Shown: positions 48,531 to 58,824 of the stretch, in pieces | Layout of the letters: each line of letters opens with the position of its first letter | How positions within the stretch are numbered: position 1 is the stretch's first letter | Assembly: GCA_030599585.1 (NCBI GenBank) | Contig: JAUVNS010000002.1 | Location: 192,001 to 256,000, forward strand | Direction of reading: 5' to 3' | Source of the DNA: Promethearchaeota archaeon | Lineage (GTDB): Archaea > Asgardarchaeota > Lokiarchaeia > Sigyniarchaeales > SOKP01 | Length of the DNA: 64,000 bases | Made by a program: the position numbers and the translations under genes | The notes under the pieces: generated by a model | What the model was told of the DNA's origin: nothing | The model's database searches: none | The model's input: only the letters and a program-made list of their open reading frames with translations

Positions 48531-50396
48531 TTAATCGTAAACTTTCTTATAAAAGTCTATTCGGTTTTTAATGTCTAAAACTACCATATCTCGTTCGTTA
48601 TTTTCTAAATCATAGAGATCAAAAATAATATCTTCAACTTCTCGAATATTGGATAAGTTATCTTCATTATAAATTCCATTACTTCTTTGAAGAGAGTTTG
48701 TTATATTTCGGACAAGTTCGCTTAATTTCTTTTTTCGGTCAGAGGGGGCATTCTTAACTGGCAAATGTCGGATCATATATTGGTTTAGATTTATTGTCGT
48801 ATTTTGCTGAGAGTTTATTCCGTACAGGCAATAATATTGCATAAGAGAAGAATTTAGGATTGCGCTAATGTACTTTAACTCTATATGATCATCGCTGATT
48901 ATTGAATAGATTGAAGATGTAAAACATACCTTATCTTTACAAAAAACGGATTGAGGAAAAATACTATTATGCTTAATTAATAGCTTTGGTTTGATATAAA
49001 ATTCGAAATTAGAGCCCTTTAAAATTCTTGGATCTGTTTTTTCGATGTCAAACGACTTATCTTTATTAAAATAGTAATAATTAAAATCCTCTTTTGCTTT
49101 TATGAAATAGCAACTATTGTTTGTATTTTCTTCGATGAGAGCTCTGATCTGTTGTAACCCTTTAGCTTCTTCTCCTCTAATCATGTTTGGGATTCGTTCG
49201 ATGTTGAGATAATTTACATCTCCGGATTTTTCAATTTTATTGATAAGATTCAATATTTTTCTACTTGGTTTAATCCTAATGCGATTTAAAGCTATAGTTT
49301 TAAAATTACAATATGGACAGTTCAAATCTGGTGTATAAATGTAAATTTTTTTAGAATGAGCACTTAAAGGGCAAGTTTTATTAAAGCAAACCCTTAAAGT
49401 ATCGACTTTTTGGGCGGTGTATTTAGCAATTTCGGTATTTGGATACTGAAAGACCTCTATATCTTTAATCGTATCACTTTTTTTTTCATAGAATAGAATT
49501 TGTACTTCATTTGTAGCTTTAGCAAATAAATTTGGACCAATATCGTATATTTTAAGTAAATTAGCTTTAGAAAACAGAATCTGCCTGAATTTAACATATC
49601 CTTGCCTAAGTAAAAAACTCTTAGGTACAAGGTACCCTATAATACCTTTTGTCCAATTCAGAGATTTTAATAAAAAAGCACAGTAAACATCGTTATAAAA
49701 AATATTTTCAGATTTTAATTGCATTTTCTGATTCTTATCAAGAATGTTTCCATAAGGGGGGTTTCCAATAATTAGATCAAATTTAAAATCTTTTTTTCTC
49801 ACTAAACTATCTTCAAGTGTGATATTAGAATTTAGAATTAATAAGAGCTTTGAATCATATGAATTGTTTTTATCATAATATTGGTTAAATAATTTTAAAA
49901 TACAGAGTTTCCTCGAATTTTGGTTAATTTCAGAACCATAAAGATTCTTATATATGTGAAATTTGATTTCTTCAGGGTTAGAGTCTAGTTCAAGAGTTTG
50001 TAATAACCCTAAGATAATTTTAAAGGCAGTAAGAAGAAAAACGCCTGTCCCACAAGCAGGGTCAAGTATACTAAAGTTTAACAACCTTTCCTTAATTTTT
50101 TCTCTTCCCTCTTTATTCAACTTGTGAATATCGTCGATTGATTTAATCTTGTAGTTTTCCAAATAGTTGTCGAAGAACAAAATTAAACCCTGAGTAATTA
50201 TAAAATCTGCTATTGAATGTCGAGTATAAAATGCCCCCTCTTTTTTCTTATTATGATATACTCTTAGAAAATTAGATTCAATATTAGGAATTGAGCTCAA
50301 ACACGCTGTTGTTTTCTCGTGATTTCCAGTTTCAATAGAATTTAGAAGATTCTCGTATAATGAGTCAACGCTTAGATCTTTTTCCTTGTCTTTCAT
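48531..50396 (-). CDS. N6-adenine DNA methyltransferase, gamma class (TaqI/Eco57I-like), apparently orphan
   Basis: GAFYT, motif I LDPACGTGVFL, motif IV IGNPPY, TaqI-like C-terminal TRD (AILNSSL..YY). Confidence 0.88.
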   Translation of the reverse strand: MKDKEKDLSVDSLYENLLNSIETGNHEKTTACLSSIPNIESNFLRVYHNKKKEGAFYTRHSIADFIITQGLILFFDNYLENYKIKSIDDIHKLNKEGREKIKERLLNFSILDPACGTGVFLLTAFKIILGLLQTLELDSNPEEIKFHIYKNLYGSEINQNSRKLCILKLFNQYYDKNNSYDSKLLLILNSNITLEDSLVRKKDFKFDLIIGNPPYGNILDKNQKMQLKSENIFYNDVYCAFLLKSLNWTKGIIGYLVPKSFLLRQGYVKFRQILFSKANLLKIYDIGPNLFAKATNEVQILFYEKKSDTIKDIEVFQYPNTEIAKYTAQKVDTLRVCFNKTCPLSAHSKKIYIYTPDLNCPYCNFKTIALNRIRIKPSRKILNLINKIEKSGDVNYLNIERIPNMIRGEEAKGLQQIRALIEENTNNSCYFIKAKEDFNYYYFNKDKSFDIEKTDPRILKGSNFEFYIKPKLLIKHNSIFPQSVFCKDKVCFTSSIYSIISDDHIELKYISAILNSSLMQYYCLYGINSQQNTTINLNQYMIRHLPVKNAPSDRKKKLSELVRNITNSLQRSNGIYNEDNLSNIREVEDIIFDLYDLENNERDMVVLDIKNRIDFYKKVYD

Positions 50397-50534
50397 TATA
50401 GCAACTTTTATCCTTCTTCAGTTCAAATTAATTTAGGTATTATGACTGAATATGATGTTTTAATTATATTTCAACTCTTATATGGTATATTCTTTATGTT
50501 TTTATAGTTGTATTTATTTATTAAGATCAGAAGC

Positions 50535-51026
50535 ATGACAAATAACGAAGAAGAAAAAGACGGAGTTGCTCCAATCAAACCTATTATAAAAAAATTGAAA
50601 AAGGAATACGATAAAGACCCAAATGATTGGAGAGTGATTGGATCTAAAGACGAACATGGAAATACAGACACATTTATTACAAAAAAACCCAACGCTTATT
50701 GGCTTAAGTCAAAAATGTTAAGTCCTTATTCTTCTTTGAGTATGGGCTCGATTGTTCGTAACATTGACCGTGATATAGATGAATCTCTGGGAATTGGGAA
50801 AAACTTAAGTCCTGATGAAATGCTTCGCTTGTTTGGTATGGTTGTTCCTATTAAAAATAATCGGAATATAGTTGCTGCAGGGATCGAAAAATATTCTCAA
50901 ACAGATGGAGATTATTTAAAGAAGATAATAAGCGAAAGAGATGCGAACTTAGGCCCACAAATGGTAAAGAGGATCGACGAAGAATTCACTAAAAAACATC
51001 CTCAAAGAAAGAATTTATACATCTAA
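50535..51026 (+). CDS. Hypothetical protein
   Basis: 163-aa ORF from ATG 50535 with normal composition; no family recognised. Confidence 0.7.
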   Translation: MTNNEEEKDGVAPIKPIIKKLKKEYDKDPNDWRVIGSKDEHGNTDTFITKKPNAYWLKSKMLSPYSSLSMGSIVRNIDRDIDESLGIGKNLSPDEMLRLFGMVVPIKNNRNIVAAGIEKYSQTDGDYLKKIISERDANLGPQMVKRIDEEFTKKHPQRKNLYI

Positions 51027-51093
51027 AAACTAATTTCTTTCATGATCTAAAGAATTAAAGGTAAAGTTAGAATCTAAAATCTTGTAGAATAAT

Positions 51094-51507
51094 TTAAACT
51101 TTACTAAGTAATGTTCCAAGTTCGTCCTTATTTTTGATAATTGGTAAATTAGCTGAATATTTAGTGGAATTATTCACCAATTCAGTGATAATTGCATTCA
51201 TTTTTTCAGGACCATTTTTTCCTTCAAGAGTTATAGCAAATTCTTTAAACATAGGGATTTTAAGGTCCTCAACATAGAAAGACACTCCTTTCTCGACCTC
51301 TTCCATTAAAAATTGAAAGGATAAATCCGCTGATCTCTCGGTAACAAAAAAAGGATTATCAGGTTCTTCGAAAGTATAAGAAACCTCTTTCCAACGAGCT
51401 CCACCTGCATCCATAGGGACCATTCCAAAAATATAATCACTTGTAAAAATCCAAAATGGCGTTCCATTATCGTACGATGATTCCACAATTGCTTTGAAGT
51501 CAGTCAT
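51094..51507 (-). CDS. Hypothetical protein
   Basis: 137-aa ORF; no family recognised. Confidence 0.7.
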   Translation of the reverse strand: MTDFKAIVESSYDNGTPFWIFTSDYIFGMVPMDAGGARWKEVSYTFEEPDNPFFVTERSADLSFQFLMEEVEKGVSFYVEDLKIPMFKEFAITLEGKNGPEKMNAIITELVNNSTKYSANLPIIKNKDELGTLLSKV

Positions 51508-51660
51508 TCTAGTTCAATTTGTTCTAATTTTCTTATAATATAGATATATGATAATAAAGAGTGTTTTTTTTAATTAATAATCTTAGAAATCTTATTTGAA
51601 TCTTTCTTTTTGGTTTACTTATAAATGAGTTTTTAATAAAAAAAAGATTAATAGAAATTA

Positions 51661-52422
51661 ATGCGAGAACTCAATTATGAAAAACTAGTTCTTGATATTC
51701 AGAATTGGATATATAATTATGTAAAGTCTGCAAATGCCGAGAATGTTATTGTAGGCCTTAGTGGCGGGATAGATAGCGCAGTTACTGCTGCTTTATGTAC
51801 AAAAGCGCTGGGGAATAAAAAGGTTTTTGGATTGGGTTTACCTTGTGGTTCTATATCTCAGGATCTAGAAGACGCTAAATTAGTAGCAAAATCCTTAGAA
51901 ATTGACTTTACAGTATTAGATTTAAATCAAATCTACGATAATTTCTTAAATATAATTGAGTTTAACCATAAAAAAAAAAACTTAGCTAACGCTAACCTCA
52001 AACCTAGAATACGTATGACAGCATTATATTTTTATGGTCAAACAAAGGGAAAAAGCTTGATTGCCGGAACAAGTAATCGAGCTGAATTAGCTATTGGATA
52101 TTTCACTAAATATGGGGATGGGGCCGCAGATTTTGAACTGTTGGCCTCTCTCTATAAACAAGAAGTTAGAAAGTTAGCAAAAATTTTGAGCGTTCCTAAA
52201 AGAATAATAACCAAGCCCCCTAGTGCAGGTCTCTGGGCAGGACAAACCGATGAAGGCGAGATAGGATTAACTTACGATATAATAGATGAAATTCTTTATA
52301 GAATTGATTATGATATTGATTTTAATGGTTTAATTGATAAAAATATTCAAAAAGTACGAGATTTAATGAGTTCAGCGAGACATAAGTTAAAGATGCCTCC
52401 AATGTTTAATGTAAGAGATTAG
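51661..52422 (+). CDS. nadE: NH3-dependent NAD+ synthetase
   Basis: GLSGGIDSA, NLKPRIRM, GTSNRAE..IGYFTKYGDG, KPPSAGLW.GQTDE. Confidence 0.97.
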   Translation: MRELNYEKLVLDIQNWIYNYVKSANAENVIVGLSGGIDSAVTAALCTKALGNKKVFGLGLPCGSISQDLEDAKLVAKSLEIDFTVLDLNQIYDNFLNIIEFNHKKKNLANANLKPRIRMTALYFYGQTKGKSLIAGTSNRAELAIGYFTKYGDGAADFELLASLYKQEVRKLAKILSVPKRIITKPPSAGLWAGQTDEGEIGLTYDIIDEILYRIDYDIDFNGLIDKNIQKVRDLMSSARHKLKMPPMFNVRD

Positions 52423-52428
52423 TTTGTT

Positions 52429-53868
52429 CTATAAACTGGAAATTAACCTTCTAATTTTATTAATGCGGGAAGTGATTTCATTCATTCTAGTTTTTAAATC
52501 GTTATTTTGCTTTTTAAATTCTGATTCTGGTATTGAACCTTTATTAAATCCCTTCTCTAAATCTTTAAAACTTCGTTCTAACGAATATCGTTTTCCTTCG
52601 AGAGCGATCAATTCTTGGTACAGAGTGTCTTTGTCGTCTGAAATATTGTCTAAATTTGGAGAATCAAAATTCGATTCCATACTAACATCTACTTTATTAA
52701 AATCGATAAAAGGCATAACTTCTGGCTCTTGAGCATTTCTACTAATTTTTTTCTTCTTTTCTTCCTTCTTCTTTTCTTCCTTCTTCTTGACTTCTACTTT
52801 AGCGGGTATCTCCGTAAGGCCAGTTATTTCTTTTGGTTTTACTGAATTCTTATTTCCCATAGAAGAAAATACGTTAAATAAGTCAGATCCGCTAGAAACA
52901 ATTGATTCACTTTCAATCTCCTCAATCCTCATGGCAGAAATTTTTGGTTTCTCGTTTAAGAATGGCATTACATCAGAGGTTTGTGAAGTAGGTATTTTTT
53001 CGGGCTCTTCAGTTATTAGCGAAGTAATTTTCCTTTTTTCTGCCGCAAAAGGAATGACTTCGGATTCTTCTATCACCATAGGGGTAATTTTTGGTTTTTT
53101 TTTAGGAATGGGAGTTAAATTTGGTTTATCCGAGTCTATTGGTTTATCAATTGGTGCGAAAGGAATTGGAGTTAATTGTTCTTTCGAGGGCTCTAAATTT
53201 ACATTTTGAGGTTCTAAATCAACAGAATTTTCTTCGGGTTTGTCAGGCATAATTGGAGTTTTGGGAATTGACTGTTTTGAAGTGGGGGTTGGTTTTACTA
53301 GTTTCTTCATAACAGGAATCCTTATTTTAGGAGGAGCAAGTCTAACTTTTTTGTTGGGAGTTATTTTACGAACTTCCCGCTTGGTAGTCACACGACTAAC
53401 TCTATCATCTTTTTTCTCCAACTCTTTTTTGAGGTCATCTATTTTACCCTTTAAGTTTTCTATTTCGCCTTTGAACTGGTCTGAAACCATGCTAAATATG
53501 TCAGTCAAATCGATTTCTGAATCTCCGTTTTCAGGTGCAATTGTAGGTTCAGCAACAGTTTCTTGAGTTTGTTCTGTTTTTAATTTTACTTCGTCTGGAA
53601 TGTTTATTATGCTTTTTATAGCAACGGGTAAGGCTGTTTCTGAAAACCAAAGATCAAGAGTATCCCAATCATCCAATTTTTTAAGAATTTCCTCGATAGG
53701 GCCTTTTTGTTCTGAGGCTGTACTGGTATTTTTTAATTTGGTAAAATAATTAATAAGCTTATCTTTTGCTTCAATTTCATCATCAGGCGTTGGTTGTCCT
53801 TCTGTAAGAAACGAAAAAAGCTCACTAATTTCGCGTAAAGTATCATTAGAATGTTCTTGATCAGTCAT
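52429..53868 (-). CDS. Hypothetical protein: helical N-domain, coiled coil, long Pro/Lys/Glu-rich linker, C-terminal helical hairpin
   Basis: ~480-aa ORF with a low-complexity middle carrying KPKI(T/S) and TPIP repeats; start ATG 53868 or GTG 53877. Confidence 0.8.
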   Translation of the reverse strand: MTDQEHSNDTLREISELFSFLTEGQPTPDDEIEAKDKLINYFTKLKNTSTASEQKGPIEEILKKLDDWDTLDLWFSETALPVAIKSIINIPDEVKLKTEQTQETVAEPTIAPENGDSEIDLTDIFSMVSDQFKGEIENLKGKIDDLKKELEKKDDRVSRVTTKREVRKITPNKKVRLAPPKIRIPVMKKLVKPTPTSKQSIPKTPIMPDKPEENSVDLEPQNVNLEPSKEQLTPIPFAPIDKPIDSDKPNLTPIPKKKPKITPMVIEESEVIPFAAEKRKITSLITEEPEKIPTSQTSDVMPFLNEKPKISAMRIEEIESESIVSSGSDLFNVFSSMGNKNSVKPKEITGLTEIPAKVEVKKKEEKKKEEKKKKISRNAQEPEVMPFIDFNKVDVSMESNFDSPNLDNISDDKDTLYQELIALEGKRYSLERSFKDLEKGFNKGSIPESEFKKQNNDLKTRMNEITSRINKIRRLISSL

Positions 53869-54129
53869 AAAAGGCACGAGGTTAATTTAATTTTAATTCT
53901 TCGCATTATCTTGGTATTTAAATATAAAAAAATTATACACTAATTTATTTTTATGTATTATATTTGCTATAAAGAATATAAACATAATATTTTCATAGAA
54001 ATACTCTCAATAGCACGGCTTCTATTGGATCTTCAATTTAAACCGCTTTTAATGATTATTGGTGGATACTTTTTACACCAAGAAAAACAATTAAGACCTT
54101 AATTTTTTGTTTCTCCAATTCTTATTTAA

Positions 54130-55365
54130 TTATTTTAACTCATCAAAATACTTGCGTAAATACCATATAAGAAATATAATACCTATAAAACTCAAAATAA
54201 ATGGGAAGATATAATTAATTTCTTCAGTCAAATAGCCCCCAATTATCCCTGTAGGTATAAATCCAAGCCCGATAAGAAAATCTGAAATCCCATAAGATTC
54301 CGCTCTTCTGGTTTCATCCAGATCTGTTAAGATCATTTGTGCAGAAGGAATGAACATTGATGCAGTAAGACCATTCAATATATTAGCAACACTAAGCAAA
54401 GGAATTAAGTAAAATTGAAATCCAAGAGACCAAACAATGAATGCTAATATATAGCAAAAATAACTTGCTAAACCAAATGACTCACTCAGAATTAAAGAGC
54501 GCTTTTTTCCAATTTTATCGGCTAAATGGCCTCCAGGGATTTGAAAAATCATGGTTGTAATGCTTAACCATATCGCTATGAGTGCCAACTCCTCATAGGT
54601 TAATCCATATTGAGTTCTCAAACCAGCATTAATAATTGACGAAGAAATTGAATAGATGAATGCGTCAAGCAGAAAAAAAATTAATACGGCTCTTTTCTTA
54701 GGTGATTTATAGATTTCACGCCACATGCTTTGTCTTTTAGCAGAATTTTCCGCCTTAATTGCAGAATTTTTATTATGCTCAGATTTAGGATTAGCAATAA
54801 CGAAAGTTATGATGAGATAATTACTTGCATCAAAAATCATATAAATAAGGAAATAAACTCGAATATCTTTGATGATGCCAAGAAGCACAAATATTTCTCC
54901 TCCAATATTACCAATGAATATACTAAAAAACATCAAACCAAACAAAATCCCTTTCTTAGCTTTATCACCACTCAGCGAAATAAACATGTTATAACTTATC
55001 CCTCCAAACACTGCACTTAAATGAAAGAAGATCGTTCCTATAACCAGGAACATTATGTTTTCTGCAAAAAATATGAAAATCATTCCAATAAAAAATAAGG
55101 GTGCTTCGAGAAGCCATACTTTTTTACGACTGAATTTATCTGATAATCTTCCTACCCAGGGTTTTGGTAAAAACATTACAATTCCTCCCAAAGTTACAAG
55201 AATACCCGTTATAAAGATTGAACCCGTAATTTCTAACAAAAACGGTTGATATACTAGAAAGAAGGGTCTCGAGGCGAAACCATAGATTAAACCTATAATA
55301 AATAAAGCCCACAGATTTCTTTTTTGAACTTTATTAATTTCCTCCGAATTACCTAATATATTCAT
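54130..55365 (-). CDS. MFS transporter
   Basis: ~12 TM; motif A twice (GRLSDKFSRKK, GHLADKIGKK); AGGTGA RBS before ATG 55365. Confidence 0.9.
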   Translation of the reverse strand: MNILGNSEEINKVQKRNLWALFIIGLIYGFASRPFFLVYQPFLLEITGSIFITGILVTLGGIVMFLPKPWVGRLSDKFSRKKVWLLEAPLFFIGMIFIFFAENIMFLVIGTIFFHLSAVFGGISYNMFISLSGDKAKKGILFGLMFFSIFIGNIGGEIFVLLGIIKDIRVYFLIYMIFDASNYLIITFVIANPKSEHNKNSAIKAENSAKRQSMWREIYKSPKKRAVLIFFLLDAFIYSISSSIINAGLRTQYGLTYEELALIAIWLSITTMIFQIPGGHLADKIGKKRSLILSESFGLASYFCYILAFIVWSLGFQFYLIPLLSVANILNGLTASMFIPSAQMILTDLDETRRAESYGISDFLIGLGFIPTGIIGGYLTEEINYIFPFILSFIGIIFLIWYLRKYFDELK

Positions 55366-55769
55366 TATTCTCTTCACCTTTTACCTTTTGCTAATTGTGG
55401 AACACTCTGTTAACATCGATTAATACCCCAACATAATCTCTATGAAGATATGAATAATAAATATGAGTCCATAGCGATAGTGTGATAGGGTAAGATGCAT
55501 AGTTAAAAGTAATTTAAATTAAATTACTCGCACATGTTATTTATCGCTATAAACTTTTTCCATTTTAAGTCACTATATAATAAAGGGCTTGGCTACTATT
55601 TAAGCTTTTCGACATATTTGTACTCAGAAAATCATTGGCAAAACGATTATATTAATATGTATTATGAAATGAAAGAAAAATTCGAAAAGAAGTTTTTAAA
55701 TAAAGGAAAGAAGATTAACAAAGATTAGCTCTGCCAGATTGGTGAGCTGAGTGAGCTCCTTGATGGAAA

Positions 55770-56168
55770 TTACACACGTCTTCCGCGATGTCCGCCTTTA
55801 CGCCTACAGTGGTCGTGAGATTTCGGGGTAACTTCTTCTATTCGTCCCACTCTGAGTCCCGAGCGAGCTAATGCCCGTATACAAGCTTGAGCCCCTGGAC
55901 CGGGAGTTTGACTTTTGTTCCCACCAGGCGCTCGGACTTTGATGTGAATACCTCTTACACCTTTATCTTTTAATCCGTTAGCTACACGAAAACCACATTG
56001 CATAGCAGCGTAAGGGTTAGATTCGTCTCGGTCAGCCTTGACGACCATACCACCTGTGCATTTAGCGAACGTTTCAGCACCGCTTAAATCTGTAGCGGTA
56101 ACAATTGTGTTGTTGTAACTGCTAAAGATGTGAACGATTGCCCATTTATCTTCTTGTTGTTTGCTCAT
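55770..56168 (-). CDS. rps11: 30S ribosomal protein uS11
   Basis: [48 protein letters not shown] (archaeal/eukaryotic type). Confidence 0.98.
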   Translation of the reverse strand: MSKQQEDKWAIVHIFSSYNNTIVTATDLSGAETFAKCTGGMVVKADRDESNPYAAMQCGFRVANGLKDKGVRGIHIKVRAPGGNKSQTPGPGAQACIRALARSGLRVGRIEEVTPKSHDHCRRKGGHRGRRV

Positions 56169-56180
56169 GATTAATACCTA

Positions 56181-56684
56181 TTAGGTAGATTCCTTAACTG
56201 CGGAGAGTGGACTGCTAGGAGTGTATCCTATCATGTCTTCTTCCTCTTTTTTGACGATGTAAGAAGGAGCGTTAATTTTTTTGCCACGTACTTGAATATG
56301 GCCGTGCACAACGAATTGTCGTGCTTGATAGATAGATTTAGCGTAGCCTTTCTCAAAAACAAGTGTTTGCAGTCTTCTTCTTAGTATGTCTTCGACGGTG
56401 AGTAATAGTATATCTTCGAATCTAGCGTCAGGACCTAAAATTCCGAGTTTAACTAACTTATTGATTAAAGTTTGCTGAACCTCAGCAGCTCTTTCTTGAG
56501 ACATTGTTCTGGACTGTCTCGCAAGGCTCCGCCAATTTCCGAGCGTGGTACGCATTTTCCAAAATTCGCGTTTGTTTCTAAGACCGAATTTTCCAAGAAA
56601 CTCGAGTTCTTCGGCTTGTCTTTCTTTTTCAAAGGGGCGTTTCGGTTTTTTAAATTTTTTCTTTAACCTTCTTGGATCTCCGAT
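56181..56684 (-). CDS. rps4: 30S ribosomal protein uS4 (apparent ATC start)
   Basis: Frame extends 43 codons upstream of the track start: (M)GDPRRLKKKFKKPKRPFEKERQAEELEFLGKFGLRNKREFWK...RRLQTLV..QARQFVVHGHI; GGTGA 6 nt upstream of ATC. Confidence 0.93.
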   Translation of the reverse strand: MGDPRRLKKKFKKPKRPFEKERQAEELEFLGKFGLRNKREFWKMRTTLGNWRSLARQSRTMSQERAAEVQQTLINKLVKLGILGPDARFEDILLLTVEDILRRRLQTLVFEKGYAKSIYQARQFVVHGHIQVRGKKINAPSYIVKKEEEDMIGYTPSSPLSAVKEST

Positions 56685-56695
56685 TTCTAATCACC

Positions 56696-57178
56696 TTACT
56701 TTTGACTTTTCAATTTTCTTCTTATAACACCTACGACTAATCCGTGTCGTCCAGTGCTTTTAGTTCTTTGACCTCGAACTTTTAGACCTCGGTGGTGTCG
56801 AACGCCTTTATAACTTCTTATGCGTTTCATTCTATCGATATCCCGTCTAACCGATAATTCGAGTCGATTTCCGATTATGTGTAAGTTCTCCCCGGTAACT
56901 AGGTCTTTTTTACGATTTAGCATCCAAACTGGGATGCCGTTCGTAATTGGATCTAATATTATTTCTTCAATTCTATTTAGGTCCTTTTCGGGAATGGCAC
57001 CAATCCTCAGATTGTCGTCTATTTTTGCGACTCTTACGATCGCTTGAGCGAATCTCCTTCCAATTCCTCTTATTTGAGTTAATCCATGCTCTACTTTTGC
57101 GTTTCCATCAACTTGAGAGCGAAGTTTACGAAAAAACACTTTTTCCCGAAAGTTGCTTGGTCTACTAGTTAAACTCAT
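56696..57178 (-). CDS. rps13: 30S ribosomal protein uS13
   Basis: LTQIRGIGRRFA, IPVWMLNRKKD..TG, YKGVRH..GLKVRGQRTKSTGR. Confidence 0.98.
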   Translation of the reverse strand: MSLTSRPSNFREKVFFRKLRSQVDGNAKVEHGLTQIRGIGRRFAQAIVRVAKIDDNLRIGAIPEKDLNRIEEIILDPITNGIPVWMLNRKKDLVTGENLHIIGNRLELSVRRDIDRMKRIRSYKGVRHHRGLKVRGQRTKSTGRHGLVVGVIRRKLKSQK

Positions 57179-57292
57179 TTTACCGATATTACGTTTCTTA
57201 TTCTTATAATTCTTAATATGAAATTTAATATTAATTTTTTGGTTTAGAACGAAAGAAGGTTTGTTTGAGAAAAGAGAGCGGAATTTTACTAC

Positions 57293-58786
57293 TTAATATC
57301 GAGGGAATCTTAGATTTTCTTCTTTTTTTTTATCGATATGCTTCTTACATTTATTTTTTTTTATTTTAGCGATTTTTTCAAGGAGGGGCAATCCTGGTTT
57401 AACTTCAGAAAGTTCTTTTGATTCAATTAAATCGTTTTCAATAAGTTTGTTATAGAGTTCCTTTCCAACTTCAGTTCTAATGAGAACGGTATTCCACCCC
57501 GAAGGTGACCCTATAGAACCAATTGAAATATCAGCGGCTTCAGAAGTTAGGTCAAAGCAAACTTCGCAATCTTCTCGAGCTAGATGCCCAATCTCTTTAA
57601 TCGGTATGGTTAATTCGTCATTGGACTTAGTATACACAAAGAACTTCCCTTTGTTTATATCCGTTTTCCTTACATCACTGACATCAACTTTTAGAAGTTC
57701 GAAAATCTTAAGCAGAGATTCGTAAGAGAATGATTCCATACAAAAAATGCCTATGCGATATTTTATTTGATTTAATACGGGAATGTTAATGTTGTAAATA
57801 TCTGATTTGAGTAAAGCTTGCATCATGCAAGGAACCCCAACCACCGCTAAGTTAGCTTTTCTTTTATTAAGTTCACTTAAACTTTTTAAATTGGGGTTGT
57901 TTACATATTTAGTTCCCGTGGTTTGAAGAATGTCTTCTTTATTCTGTAGGATAATTGGTTCAGGTCTCCACGGAGTTTTGCTCATTTTAGCGCCTAATGC
58001 TATATCAATAATTTTAGCATCAAATAAGTAATGCAGACAGGTGCTTGTTATTCCTCCATCTTGGCAAGATTTGGCAATTTCGTCAATTTTGGTTCTTGCT
58101 GAGTAAGCTTCTAAATATTGTCCTACTTTAGGATACGTTTTAATCTGTGAGGTCCCTTCTTGAACCATGCTTAAAACACTTACAGGTAAGTAAGTACGTG
58201 GACAAACATAATAACAGAGGCCACATCTTATGCATTTTTCTTCGTCAATTTTACCGAAACCATTGAAAACATCTAAACAGTTTACCGGGCAAATACCAAC
58301 GCATAAACCGCATCCAGAACAGTTATGTGTTTCAAAAATAGTTTCGACGGGTTCATAAATTGATTTTATTTTTGAAGGATTAACATCGAAGCTTTTTATA
58401 TCAAAATCCTTAAAAGTAGTCGAAGAGGGAGTGTTTTCATCTCCTTCAACTTCGTCATAGATTTCGTTCACTACAATTAGATTCTCATTTTTCAATAACT
58501 CCAACAGACTCAATGTTTTAGTGATTTCTATAGAATTATCGCTCGAAAATTTATTTAATGCCTCAAAATCGTTAGATTTTTGACGAGTTAGAAAATTGTA
58601 AAGCTTAAATTTAATAAGTTCCTCATCAAACATTTTGAATAAAATTGCATGGTATTGTTCCTCGTTATAGACGCCAGAATCTAGTATTTCTTGTTTAGCG
58701 TCAATTAACACGCGGATTCTATACGAATCTACGGTCACGGCTATATCTTTCAAGCCTTCCTTTGTCATTTTAAGCTTAGAACTCAT
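57293..58786 (-). CDS. FrhB/FdhB-family F420-binding subunit with ferredoxin domain and ~150-aa N-terminal extension
   Basis: CSGCGLCVGICP, CIRCGLCYYVCP, QDGGITS, GTKY, VGVPC, IGIFCMESF, CEVCFDLTSEAADISIGSIGSPSGW. Confidence 0.9.
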   Translation of the reverse strand: MSSKLKMTKEGLKDIAVTVDSYRIRVLIDAKQEILDSGVYNEEQYHAILFKMFDEELIKFKLYNFLTRQKSNDFEALNKFSSDNSIEITKTLSLLELLKNENLIVVNEIYDEVEGDENTPSSTTFKDFDIKSFDVNPSKIKSIYEPVETIFETHNCSGCGLCVGICPVNCLDVFNGFGKIDEEKCIRCGLCYYVCPRTYLPVSVLSMVQEGTSQIKTYPKVGQYLEAYSARTKIDEIAKSCQDGGITSTCLHYLFDAKIIDIALGAKMSKTPWRPEPIILQNKEDILQTTGTKYVNNPNLKSLSELNKRKANLAVVGVPCMMQALLKSDIYNINIPVLNQIKYRIGIFCMESFSYESLLKIFELLKVDVSDVRKTDINKGKFFVYTKSNDELTIPIKEIGHLAREDCEVCFDLTSEAADISIGSIGSPSGWNTVLIRTEVGKELYNKLIENDLIESKELSEVKPGLPLLEKIAKIKKNKCKKHIDKKKEENLRFPRY

Positions 58787-58824
58787 TTTAGTTAAACTTT
58801 AGTTGTTTTAATTAATACTTAATT

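Noticed and set aside
55420-55500. 26-aa ORF upstream of the MFS gene as a leader peptide
   Set aside because: No attenuator structure or telling codon run; consistent with chance.
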